A DNA stretch of 64,000 nt from positions 7,192,001 through 7,256,000 of the forward strand of contig NC_073406.1 in the NCBI RefSeq assembly GCF_028641065.1, given 5' to 3'. The stretch is from Leucoraja erinacea. Lineage: Eukaryota. Below the pieces are notes generated by a model. The model did not search any database. It saw only the letters and a program-made list of their open reading frames with translations, and was not told the DNA's origin. Below, piece by piece: positions 41,281 through 52,373 of the stretch (position 1 is the stretch's first letter; every line of letters begins with the position of its first letter). The position numbers and the translations under genes are program-made.

Positions 41281-42779
41281 AGATGGAGCTGCAGGCCCCG
41301 CGGATGGGTCGGGCTAGGCCCTAATGACAGGTACAGGGACAGGGACAGGCCTCGTCGCCGCCCTCTCGGCTAATAAACGTTTCCATAACCCATTATACAG
41401 ACTGCATGCAAAGAAAGGTATGGGATACATGCAATGACACAGTGTAGGGTCCAAACCAGAAACGTCACCTACTCAAAAAGACAGACACTAAAATACTCGA
41501 GTAACTCAGTGAGACTGACAGCGTCTCCAGAGAAGTGGATGACGTACGTGAAGCTCACCGTTTGACCTGTTTTTACAAAATGTTAAATGGTCAGCTCGTC
41601 ATAGACTACAAGACCTACACCAAACCCAAACCAATTAGGAGCAGACGAGGCATTCGATCCAATTTGTGATCCCAGCTACAAAGACAGATGTATACAGCAA
41701 TTCGTTCGTCCCCCACACAATTAAAGCATGGAATAATCTCCACCCAACTATAGTTACCCAACCAGATACAACTACATTTAAAGTAGCTCTTTCTTCCCAA
41801 TAACCCTTTCTGGCTTAAGCCATCCCTTCACCAACTCCAGTTTAAATTCCATTTGGAATATTTTGGAGGACCAAGAAACCAAGAAACCAACCAAGAAAAA
41901 TCGAAGGAGTAACTCAGCGGAACAGGCAACATCTCTGGAGAGAAGGAATGGGTAACGTTTTGGGTCAAGACCCTTCTTAAGTACTGGATACCAGCTGAGT
42001 TACTCCAGCGCTTTGTATCTGTTGAAGAGGCTCAGCCAACGCTTCATGAAAGTTTGTTTTTTTAACCTTTTATCAGTAGATCTGTCTAAAATCCAAAAGT
42101 AAGTCTATCTGAAACATTGATTGTTTCTCTCAATAAATCCTCCCACTCCTACATTTTCACTGATATACTGGAAATTTATACGTTGATTTATACTGTTGAT
42201 TTATACAAGAAACAAGGATACTTTTTTTTTAAACTTACGATGGTTGTAGCTTTCTTATTGTGGCATTTTACACCCAAATTAAAAAATTTCAAACAGTATA
42301 TTACTGCAACAACGCAGAGAACATTGTGTCTGTAACACCCATTGAGGTCCGATCTATACAAATACCATTTCCCAGCACAAAGCCCTTGTTTTGATGCCCA
42401 TGGTTCATATACATGCTTCTTAAACATTGTGTGTAGGCCTCCATCATGTTATAGCTGAGGAAAAAATCCCCACGTCCTTCCAGAATTTCCTAACATTACC
42501 GTAACCCCATGATCTCTGGTCATAGATATCTCTACCAAGACGAAACATTTTCTCTATCTACCATCCGTCACCTTGCCTGCATTCACATGCAGGTTGTTAA
42601 TGTGTATAACAAACAGTAAAGGTCCCGGCACTGATACCTGTTGGACACCATTGACTGAAGTCCCCGTGGACTGCATCAACTGCATTACCCTCATCAGCAC
42701 ACTTGGCCATCTAAAATTCATTTAGTTTAGTCAGATAAGGCTTCCCTTAATAAAACCATGCTGACTCTCTCTTATCAAT

Positions 42780-42927
42780 GTGTAGGAAGGAACTGCAGTT
42801 GCTGGTTTAAATCGAAGATAGACACAGAAAGCTGGAGTAGCTCAGCGGGTCAGACAGCATCTCTGGAGAAAAGGAATAGGTGACATTTCAGGGCGAGACA
42901 CTTCTTCAGACTGCTCAGTTTTCTGTG
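42780..42927 (-). mobile_element. Penelope pLTR mini-element
   Basis: Same pLTR consensus; 14-bp TSD TCTCTCTTATCAAT at 42766-42779 and 42928-42941. Confidence 0.75.
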
Positions 42928-44369
42928 TCTCTCTTATCAATTTCTGTCTCGCTGTGAATCAATTATCTTCCTCAGAAGTTTTTCTATTAATTTCCCCCGG
43001 ACTTCTGTTGCACTCACCTGTCATTAATTAGTTAGCTTATCCCTGCTGACCTTGGATAAAGGCACAGCGTGTACTGTCCTCCAGTCATCTGACACTTCCA
43101 CTGCGGTCAAAGCAGATTTGAACATTTCTGCCAAAGACCCAGAAATCAATGCAACCTTGTATATACCTCATCTAGCTCTGCAGATTTATTGACCTTATAG
43201 CCCATAAATCTAATACCTTCTCTTTTTCAACTATAATTTGTTCTGGAATTCCATCACCCCTCATTTTGAGTTAGACAATAGACAATAGGCAATAGGTGCA
43301 GGAGTAGGCCATTCGGCCCTTCGAGCCAGCACCACCATTCAATGTGATCATGGCTGATCATCTACAATCAGTACCCTGTTCCTGCCTTCTCCCTATATCC
43401 CCTGACTTTGCTATCTTCAAGAGCCCTATCTAGTTCTCCAATTACAATATTTTTCTCATCCGTCATGTACAGATTGGGGCCTTAATCCATAATGAACCCT
43501 CTTCTTTCCCCGATTACCTTCTTGCCTGGGTATATTTTGCAAAATATTTTGATATTTTCCAAATCTTTCCTGCCAATGCCTTTCTGCGTTCCTCTTTGTC
43601 TTCATAATTATTTTGGAACTTCCCCTCCAGATTCTATTCCACACTTTGGCATTTTCACTTCTCCAAACCTGCCTCCGACCATCAATGTCCCTTGTCATAA
43701 AGCTTTCGAGTAACTGTCTACCTTACCCGTCACCATTTCAGGGACATCGTGGCCCTGAACTCTCACAATTTAAATTTTGTTTTCCTGCATTGGTTTTCTG
43801 TTGACTTATCTGAAAATGGCTGCTTCCAGGCTACTTCAACTAGATTTGGTTGTGCTCCCAACCCAAAATGTCACCTGTCTATGTTCTCCAGAGATGATGC
43901 CTGACCCACTGAGTTACTCCAGTACTTTGTGTCTTTTCTAGTTAACCTGCATCTACAGTTCATTATGTCTCCTTGACATGTTGGGAGCACAGTTCGTGTT
44001 CACTTGCACGTAGGTCTCTGCGCAGAACTGTTCATCAACACTTGGGATTGCATTATTACAATGGATCTCTTACTAAGACCACACAGGGGGTGTTGTGTTC
44101 AATGCAGGTCCCCTAATCTGAAAAAAAGTTGTACATTACACATACTATCGAGGTGGTGCAGCAAAGAGTCACGACTGGTTCTTCACGCCGAGGGTCTGCC
44201 TTACAAGGAGTGATTAAAGTAGCTCAACCTCCCTTCTCTACAGTATACAAATGAGAGATGATCTTATTAAAAACTTTTACAAGAGGGTTCACCAGGATAG
44301 ATACAAAGAGGATGTTCCTGGGCGAGGAGAATTGAAATGCACAGTCAAAAAATAAACCATAGGTCAATT

Positions 44370-45225
44370 GTATTGTATATCTTTATTGTCATTTCCTGAG
44401 TATTCACATACCCAGAGGAAACAAAAAAACGTTGCTCAACCAGTGTCCATTCAGTGTGCATTAAAAATAAATAGAAATAAAAATACATGTATCATGAACA
44501 AATTTAACACTCTTCTAAACATTCAATAGGCGTTCCGATCGGCAGCGGCACAACAGTGGCTCTGCTGCAGTGTGTCCAGGTTGGTGGTTGGTGCGCGATA
44601 CTTTGGCAGGGGGCAAAATCCATTTAGCAGTCTTATAGCCTGTGGGAAGAAGCTGAGGAGCATCCTGCCTTTTTGGAGTGCTAAAAGTAGCTGCTCCTGT
44701 ACCTCTTCCAATGGCAGGATGGAGAAAAAGAGGTCATGCGATGGGTGGTAGGGGTCTTTGATGATGGAGATGGCTCTGCTGATACATCTCTCTTCCTGTA
44801 TATGTCCAGCAGGAAAGGGAGTGGAGCACCAATAATCCTGCTGGCGGTCTTCACAATCCTGTCTAGTTGGTGCCGTTCGTACGCCTTGCAGCTCCCGAAC
44901 CAGGAAGTGATGCCGTAGGTCAATGTGCTCTCGATTGTCCCCCTATAAAAAGTCCGTAGGTGTGTAGTGGGGAGACCTGCTTTACGTAGTCTTCGGAGAG
45001 GGTGTAGTCGCTGCTGGGCTCTCTTGACCAGTGCTGTGGTGTTGGCCGTGGACGTCAGGTCATCAGACAGATGTAGTCCTAGGAACATCACGCTGCTGAC
45101 CCTTTCCACATCAGCTCCATCGATGTGCAGAGGTGTATGGTGTTGTTTCCCCGCCTTCCTGAAGTCAACCACCATCTCCTTAGTTTTTCCCACGTTAAGA
45201 ATGAGGTTGTGGGATTTGCACAATT
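44370..45225 (-). mobile_element. Rex1/Babar-type LINE 3' fragment
   Basis: ORF LNVGKTKEMVVDFRK..FLGLHLSDDLT..KRAQQRLHPLRRLRK..FYRGTIESTLTYGITSWFG and SFFPQAIRLLN. Confidence 0.85.
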
Positions 45226-46044
45226 GGTGCTGAAATTAGGAGGAATTTCTTTACACAGATGGTGGTGAAGCTCTGGGGTCCTCTACCTTGGCGGCAATGG
45301 AGCCTTGGTCACTGATTACATTCAGAACAGAAGTTAATGGATTTCTGATTATGAAAGGAATGGAAACGGCACGGAAACAAGCTCTTCAGCAAAACTCATC
45401 CAAGCTAACCAAGTTGCCCAACCAGGCTCGTCCAATTTACCTGTGGCAGGCCCAGATCGCTATACAAGTACCTGTCCAAGTATCTTATACATGTCATACT
45501 TGTACCTGCTTCTACCTCTTCCTCTGGTAGCTCATTCAATATACACACAACCTACTGTGAAAAAGTTGCCTATCAGGTACATTTTACGTCTTTCCCCTCT
45601 CACTTTAAACCTATTTTCTCTTGTTTTTGATTGATGATGATGATGATGATACTTTATTGTCACCTGCACCTCGCATACAAAGTATACAAAACAGTCACCT
45701 CAAAGCCGCTGATGAAGTTACAATGTACTCATTCCTTCTTCGTTCCCCCCCCACCCTGATCCCCCTTTGTTCTCAGTGCCTCCCTCGCCGGGTCCCCCTT
45801 TGTTCTCAGTGATGCGGTCCAACCCCGTCCTTAGTCTGTCTGAACCCTGAGGCTCCGTCCTTGGCCCGACTGCGTTCAAGGCTCCGACCCGGCCTGCAGC
45901 TTGGGGGAGGAGGAAACATGACTGGAGCAAAAAATAAACAGCTGGAGGATCTCAGCAGGTCGAACAGCATCTGTGAGGAGAAAGGAATTGTCGGCCTTTC
46001 GAACGGAGAACCTGCATCAGGACACTTGAATGGAGTTGGGAGAA

Positions 46045-46437
46045 AACTGGAGTTTAGAAGAATGAGGGGAGATCTTATAGAAACCTATAAAATTATAAAT
46101 GGACTGGACAAGCTAGATGCAGGAAAAATGTTCCCTATGTTGGGAGTCCAGAACCAGGGGTCACAGTCTTAGAATAAAGGGGAGGTCATTTAAGACTGAG
46201 GTGAGAAAAAACTTTTTTTCCCAGAGAGTTGTGAATTTATGGAATTCCCTGCCACAGAGGGCAGTGGAGGCCAAATCACTGGATGGATTTAAGAGAGAGT
46301 TAGAGCTCTAGGGGCTAGTGGAGTCAAGGGATATGGGGAGAAGGCAGGCACGGGTTATTGATAGGGGATATGATCACAATGAATGGCGGTGCTGGCTCAG
46401 GGCCGAATGGCCTCCTCCTGCACCTATTTTCTATGTT
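46045..46437 (+). mobile_element. CR1 LINE 3' fragment
   Basis: LEFRRMRGDLIETYKII..FFSQRVVNLWNSLPQRAVEA plus 3'UTR ending TTTTCTATGTT. Confidence 0.85.
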
Positions 46438-46619
46438 TTTAAAAGTTTAACAGATGTGAATAAAGTGAAACAATTCTTACACTCAAATCAGTCAGAGCTG
46501 CTTAAAGTTACCATCACCTCAACAGCAGCATTTTGTGCTGAAGCAAAACAGGCCAGCCCTCAGCCCAATCCCTGGCCTGCTGAAAGCAGGAGCCTCCCAG
46601 TGAAGGACACAAGTTCATG

Positions 46620-46712
46620 GGGCCCTGACGTCAATGGGCAGCTGCTTTCTAAAAGAGATCAGAGATTTCTCTCATACCAACCCGAGGCCAGAGAGACAAA
46701 ACTGAGGTAAGG
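46620..46712 (+). promoter_or_regulatory. Candidate RNF207 promoter and non-coding first exon
   Basis: CRE TGACGTCA at 46626-46633, E-box CAGCTG, TATA-like TTCTAAAA, then a strong donor GAG|GTAAGG at 46707. The RNF207 ATG is directly preceded by an acceptor, so an upstream exon is required. Confidence 0.45.
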
Positions 46713-49303
46713 AGAGCGGAGCTGAATCCCAGATAACATCTCCGGCTACTCTTGTTAAAATCACTTTAATATTTGGTATTATTATACAACATGGTCATAG
46801 GATGTGCTGTGTGGTGTGAGGAGGAGAGGGACTGCTGGATGCAGCCTCTCGTTGTGCCGTTCATACCTGATTGAGCATTTGAACCTTGTCTTTTGTGTGA
46901 GCTTGCTCTTTGTAGATTCCAGTAGAGTAGTGACATCATTGGATAGTCAGACACACAATTATTTCTCTAGACAATTGGAAAAATTACAACCTAAATCACA
47001 TAGTTACTTTACTTTTATAGAATGTTTTAAAAAAAATAGTTGTAGCATATGAAAAGTATAGGTTGGTGTCTGCACTGGTGTCTTTTATAAAATTGCAATT
47101 AATGAAACACAACTTACATTCTGAGGGACATCTTTAAATGCATTGAAGCAAAATTAAAAGAACGAAATTGGGTGAGAATTACCAAATTCCGTATACATTT
47201 AAAAAAAAAATTTACATCTTTCAAATGCAGAAACCTTGTAAAAATAATTTATACTTTAAAAAAAAGATATGGTATTTGGAAAATATCTTGTCAACTTTTC
47301 CCATTGGAAATCTCAGTGAGTACATTTATATTGGGGGATGGCAGTGTAAAGTGGTCACGCTGAAGTGAGGAACTGCAGTGCCTCAACTGGCAGGTAAACA
47401 TGATGACCACACAAGCAGGCTGTGCTGTGGGCTGGTGACAAGGATGCATCGTGACTTCAGGCGATGCAGACAGGTTAAGTGAAGAGGCAAGGATGTGGCA
47501 GATGGAATGGAAAATGGAAAAAAAGGTATGGTCACTCACTTTGATCGAAAAAAATTGAGTATTTTTAAACGGCAAAAACAGAGGGACTGGTTTTCCTTGA
47601 GCGCAAATGGGACGAGCTTAGATGAGGCAGCTTGGTCATGAAGGCCCTGTTTCCATGCTGTATGATTCCATGAAGCACTAAGGTTATGTATGTTCAGAAA
47701 TTAATTAAGAATGCCAGATGATGACAAAAATTAAAGAACTCAGTAGAACTAGTAGCTTCTGTGGGTGCAGAGGAATGGTAGACGTTTCGGGTTGAGACCC
47801 TGCATCAGGACTGAGAGTGCAAAGGGATGGCAGCTTGTATATAGAAGCGAGAGGGAAGGTAGAGGCTGAGGATGGTATGTGAGAGGTGGTACCAGGTGCC
47901 AGAGGGATGGTGGGCAGATGAAACTGCCTGGGGGAGGGGATAGACAAGTTGACCCAAGCAAGAAGAATCCAGGAAGATAGGTACTTGGACAATTTTCACA
48001 TATGTAGATCTGTTTATTCACAGGACAGACAATTTTTTTGCACAAGGAGAGATTAAACAAAGTAAGCCTTTACCCGCGAGTTCAGAGGAAAGAGGGTGCC
48101 TCATTGAAACATTTAAATATACAGGATAGATGTGCGAAAAGTCCCAATACTTCTACAGATGCTGCCTGACCCACTGTGTTCCTCATGCACTTTCATTTTT
48201 GCTTAAGCCTCCAGCATCTGCAGTGTGTCTGTTTCTTGGTGTTTCTTTTGGCTGGATTGAATAGAACTAGGGATCTCTCATGACAGGGTGAGTGCAGCAA
48301 AGCTTCACGAGTCTGATTTCAGCAGTGGCAGGTTTTTAATTTGAGCAGAATTTAAACAGACTCTTTTAAGTTTAGATTCCATTGAATGCAAAATTCTTGG
48401 CGAATTTGAGTTGATAGATGGATAATTGTTTTTTCCTCAGCTGAGGTATTTGAAACCAAGGGTAACAATTTCAAAAGAAGTGGTTGGCTATTCAGGACCC
48501 AGATGAGGAGAAATGTATTCACCTGGAGGGTGAAGAGTCTTTGGAGTTCTTTATCCAGAGAACTGTGATGATCTGGTTGCTGAGTAAAGCAAGACAGTGA
48601 CTGAAATTAAGGGAATCAAGAGATTATGGGGTTTGTGTAGGATAGTGGTGCTGAGTTAATGATCAGCTGTACCAGTCAGTTGAATGGTCTTCCCCTGCTT
48701 CTGCAACCCATGTTTTAATATTCTTTTGTTCCCTTTAAATGAAACTGCATCATTTGCCTCGGCAGTACTTTGTGTAGTAGCAAGTTGTGGATTTTCTGTA
48801 ATTTTTATTGGATTTATGAATGAGTTTCACATGATTATAGCCACAGCTTTGGGGATGCTCCACAGGTGAAAACATCTTTGCTACATCTACCCCATCAAAT
48901 CCTTTCCTTATTTTCATAATGATCTGGTCATCCTTTAGCACATCCTTTCTGGAGATGATTTTGGTAATAGTGATGTGTGAGAGCTTTTAGATAAACACAT
49001 ATGCAGGGAATGGAAAGATATGGATCACATGCCGGCAGAGGAGATTAGTTTAACTTACCGTCATATTTAGCATAGACATGTAGGCTGAAGGGCCTGTTTC
49101 TGTGCTGTACTGTTCCATGTTAATAATAAACTAAACTAACGTTACCACTTTCTCAACTTGCCATGCCACCTTTAGTGAACTGTGGCTGCACACGCTCAGA
49201 TCTCTCTATTCTTGCATCCAATTTAGAATTGTCTTCTCTAGTTTATGCTGCTCGATGACCTCAAATGAACAGCTATTTCTTGAAAGATCTTTTTTTTTTT
49301 CAG

Positions 49304-49494
49304 ATGTCGGGCGGAATATTCTCCCCCTTGGATAATCTGTATGAGTTGGACAATGCAAATAGTCACCCACTGGTCTGTCATCTCTGCTACGAACAGTATG
49401 AACACCCTTGTCTGCTGGACTGCTACCACACCTTCTGCGCCACCTGTCTGCGAGGCAGGGCTACCGAAGGCCGCCTCTCCTGCCCTCTCTGTGG
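49304..49494 (+). CDS. RNF207: RNF207 first coding exon, RING finger (MSGGIFSPLDNLYELDNANSHPLVCHLCYEQYEHPCLLDCYHTFCATCLRGRATEGRLSCPLCG)
   Basis: T-tract cag|ATG, donor |gtaagt, 191 bp, C3HC4 RING; HPLVCxLC..PCLLDCxHxFC..CLRGRAT is RNF207-like. Confidence 0.95.
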
Positions 49495-49778
49495 GTAAGT
49501 CTCAAGCACATAATACATTGCAAAACAGGCAGTTCCACTTCCAATTAAATGCAGTTGGCTTGTAATTATACAACTCATGGTTGGGGTGCTACAGTACATT
49601 AGTGGTGTTACTGAACCTGCAGCCAAAGTTCTGGACCATTGATCAGTGTGTATAAGTTTGAATTTAAAGTTACAGGTAATTAAATAAATCTGGTATTTAA
49701 CATTTTTAGGGATAATTAGAGGAAATACATACTGGCATTGCTGACGACATCCTCCTCCGGTGAAGGAATTATCACTGA

Positions 49779-50525
49779 GTGCAGGAAAGAGCTGCAGATG
49801 CTGGTTTAAATCAAAGGTAGACACAAAATGCTGGAGTAACTCAGCAGGACAGGCAGCATTTCTGGAGAGAAGAAATGGATGATGTTTCGGGTCGAGACCC
49901 TTCTTCAGACTGATGTCAGGGGAGTGGGCGGGACAGAGATAGAATGTAGTCGGAGACAATAACTGGGTGGGGTAACTGGGAAGGGGGAGGGGATGGAGAG
50001 AGGGAAAGCAAGGGCTATTTGAAGTTAGAGAAGTCAATGTTCATACCGCTGGGGTGTCAGCTACCCAAGTGAAATATGAGGCGCTGTTCCTCCAATTTGG
50101 CAGGAACAGAAAGGTCAGATTGGGAATGGTAGGGGGAGTTAAAGTGCTGAGCAACCAGGAGATCAGGTAGGTTAAGGCAGACTGAGCGGAGCTGTTCAGC
50201 GAAACGATCGCCGAGGATGCGATTGGTCTCACCGATATCCAGGACTTGACACCTGGAACAGCGGATACTGTAGATGAGGTTGGAGGGGGTGCAAGTGAAC
50301 CTCTGCCTCACCTGAAAAGACTGTCGGGGTCCCTGGATGGCATCGCAGGAAGAGGCAAGGGGACAGGTGTTGCATCTCCTGCGGTTGCCTGGGGAGCGGG
50401 TGGTTTAGGTGGAAGGGACGAGTTGACCAGGGAGTTGCGGAGGAAACCGTCTCTGTGGAAAGCAGAAAGGGGTGGAGATGGGAAGATGTGGCCAGCAGTG
50501 GGATCCTGTTGGAGGTGGCGAAAAA
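49779..50525 (-). mobile_element. Penelope-like retroelement 3' part: GIY-YIG endonuclease remnant plus pLTR with hammerhead core
   Basis: ORF 50057-50311 FTCTPSNLIYSIRCSRCQVLDIGETNRILGDRFAEQ..HFNSP..LEEQRLIFHLG (GIY-YIG with internal CxxC), contiguous with the pLTR; core at 49881-49908 on -. Confidence 0.85.
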
Positions 50526-50934
50526 CACTGTGACACCGATAAAAAGAATCGTGTGTCTTCTATATAGCATCTGTCAAAAACCTTGTGACATTGCTAAATA
50601 CTTAATTGATATTTAAGAAATCGGCTCCAAAGTTCCGCATAATTTTCACACAATCAGATTCAACAAAACGCAGTGTGGTGATGAATAGTCACATCGAGTT
50701 TATTGTCACATGCACAAATACAGTGAGGCATGCGTAAAAAGAAAATCTTTCTTGTAACAACATCTCAGGCATATAGACAGCCAAACTCACATAACACATC
50801 AATTATACATAAACTTCACATAAGTTCGACAAGACATTGAGAAGAAAAAGACTACGCAGAAAAACATGGAGAATATTAGTGCAAAAATACAAAAGTAGGA
50901 AATGGCCATGTTAGTACAAGAGGTGATCTATAGT

Positions 50935-51145
50935 ATAGGAAAAAACTGCAGATGCTGGTTTAAATCAAAGGTAGACACAAAATGCTGGTGTAACTCAGTG
51001 TGCCAGGCAGCATCTCCGGAGAGAAGCTATGGGTGACGTTTCGGGTCGAGACCCTTCTTCAGGCTGGAGAGAAGGAATGGATGACGTTTTGGATAGAGAC
51101 CCTTCTTCAGTCCTGCTGAGCTACTCCAGCTCTTTGTGTCTACCT
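50935..51145 (-). mobile_element. Penelope pLTR mini-element with two tandem hammerhead cores
   Basis: Intact core CTGAAGAAGGGTCTCGACCCGAAACGTC on - at 51035-51062, second degenerate core about 51083-51110; 14-bp TSD AGGTGATCTATAGT at 50921-50934 and 51146-51159. Confidence 0.78.
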
Positions 51146-51862
51146 AGGTGATCTATAGTGTTCTGTTGCCGAGGTAGGATTAGGGTTGTGCAGTTCAGGA
51201 ACCTGATGGTTATAAGAAAGTAGCTATTCCTGAACCTGGTCGTGTGGGACATCGGGCTTCTGCACCTCTTGCCCAATGGTAGCACCAAGAAGAGGGCATG
51301 GCCTGGTTGGTGGGCATCCTTGATGATTGATGCCATCTTCCTCAATGCACCACCTCCTGTAGGTGCTTCTGATGTTGGAATGGTCTAAGTCCCTTTATTA
51401 TACTTGTGCCTTGGACTTGCTGTACCAGGCCATGATGCAACCAGTCAGGATACTTCTTACAGTGCATCTGCGGAAGTTTGTTAGAGTACTCAGTGACATG
51501 CTGAATCTCTTTAAACTTCTAAGAAAGTAGAAGCATTGGCTCTGTGATTACATCCATGTGCTGGGCTCACGACTGGTCATCTGAGATGTTAACCCCCAAG
51601 AATTTGAAACTGCTAATTCTCTCCAGTGACAACCTACCATGAAAACTGGCATATGGTCTCCTGACATCCCCTTGTAGCATTGTTATTTTAAAGACAGAAT
51701 GTACACCCCTTCTCTACTGTCCTTCTGAGAAGCAGACCACCTCCCAGCCCCAACTGAAAGACCGCTCTTCTGATAACGAGGTATTTCTTCAGGACTTCCG
51801 GTTGTGTCAGGAAAGTGTTGAGAGACTCAACCACCATGGAAATGCCGGCCTGATTGATGGGA

Positions 51863-52373
51863 CATAGAAACATAGAAAATAGGTGCAGGAGTAGGCCATT
51901 CGGCCCTTCGAGCCTGCACTGCCATTCGATATGATCATGGCTGATCATCCAACTCAGTATTCCATCCCTGCCTTCTCTCCATACCCCCTGATCCCTTTAG
52001 CCACAAGGGCCACATCTAACTCCCTCTTAAATATAGCCAATGAACTGGCCTCAACTACCTTCTGTGGCAGAGAATTCCACAGATTCACCACTCTCTGTGT
52101 AAAAAATGATTTTCTCATCTCGGTCCTAAAAGACTTCCCTCTTATCCTTAAACTGTGACCCCTAGTTCTGGACTTCCCCAACATCGGGAATAATCTTCCT
52201 GCATCTAGCCTGTCCAACCCCTTAAGAATTTTGTAAGTTTCTATAAGATCCCCCCTCAATCTTCTGAATTCTAGCGTGTACAAGCCGAGTCTATCCAGTC
52301 TTTCTTCATATGAAAGCTCTGCCATCACAAGCCGAGTCTATCCAGTCTTTCTTCATATGAAAGTCCTGCCATC
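51863..52373 (-). mobile_element. Young 5'-truncated CR1 LINE 3' end
   Basis: ORF 51954-52328 LSYEERLDRLGLYTLEFRRLRGDLIETYKILKG..FFTQRVVNLWNSLP; (CATAGAAA)n tail; ATGGGA on both flanks. Many related fragments (about 3360, 9300, 14315, 15600, 28490, 33555, 35350, 46045, 63855). Confidence 0.9.

Noticed and set aside
40709-41373. Several overlapping 70-178 aa ORFs
   Set aside because: GC-rich RPL22 promoter/intron-1 island has few stop codons; no recognisable protein.
49265-49303. Upstream in-frame ATG extending RNF207
   Set aside because: Runs through the polypyrimidine tract and acceptor; intronic.
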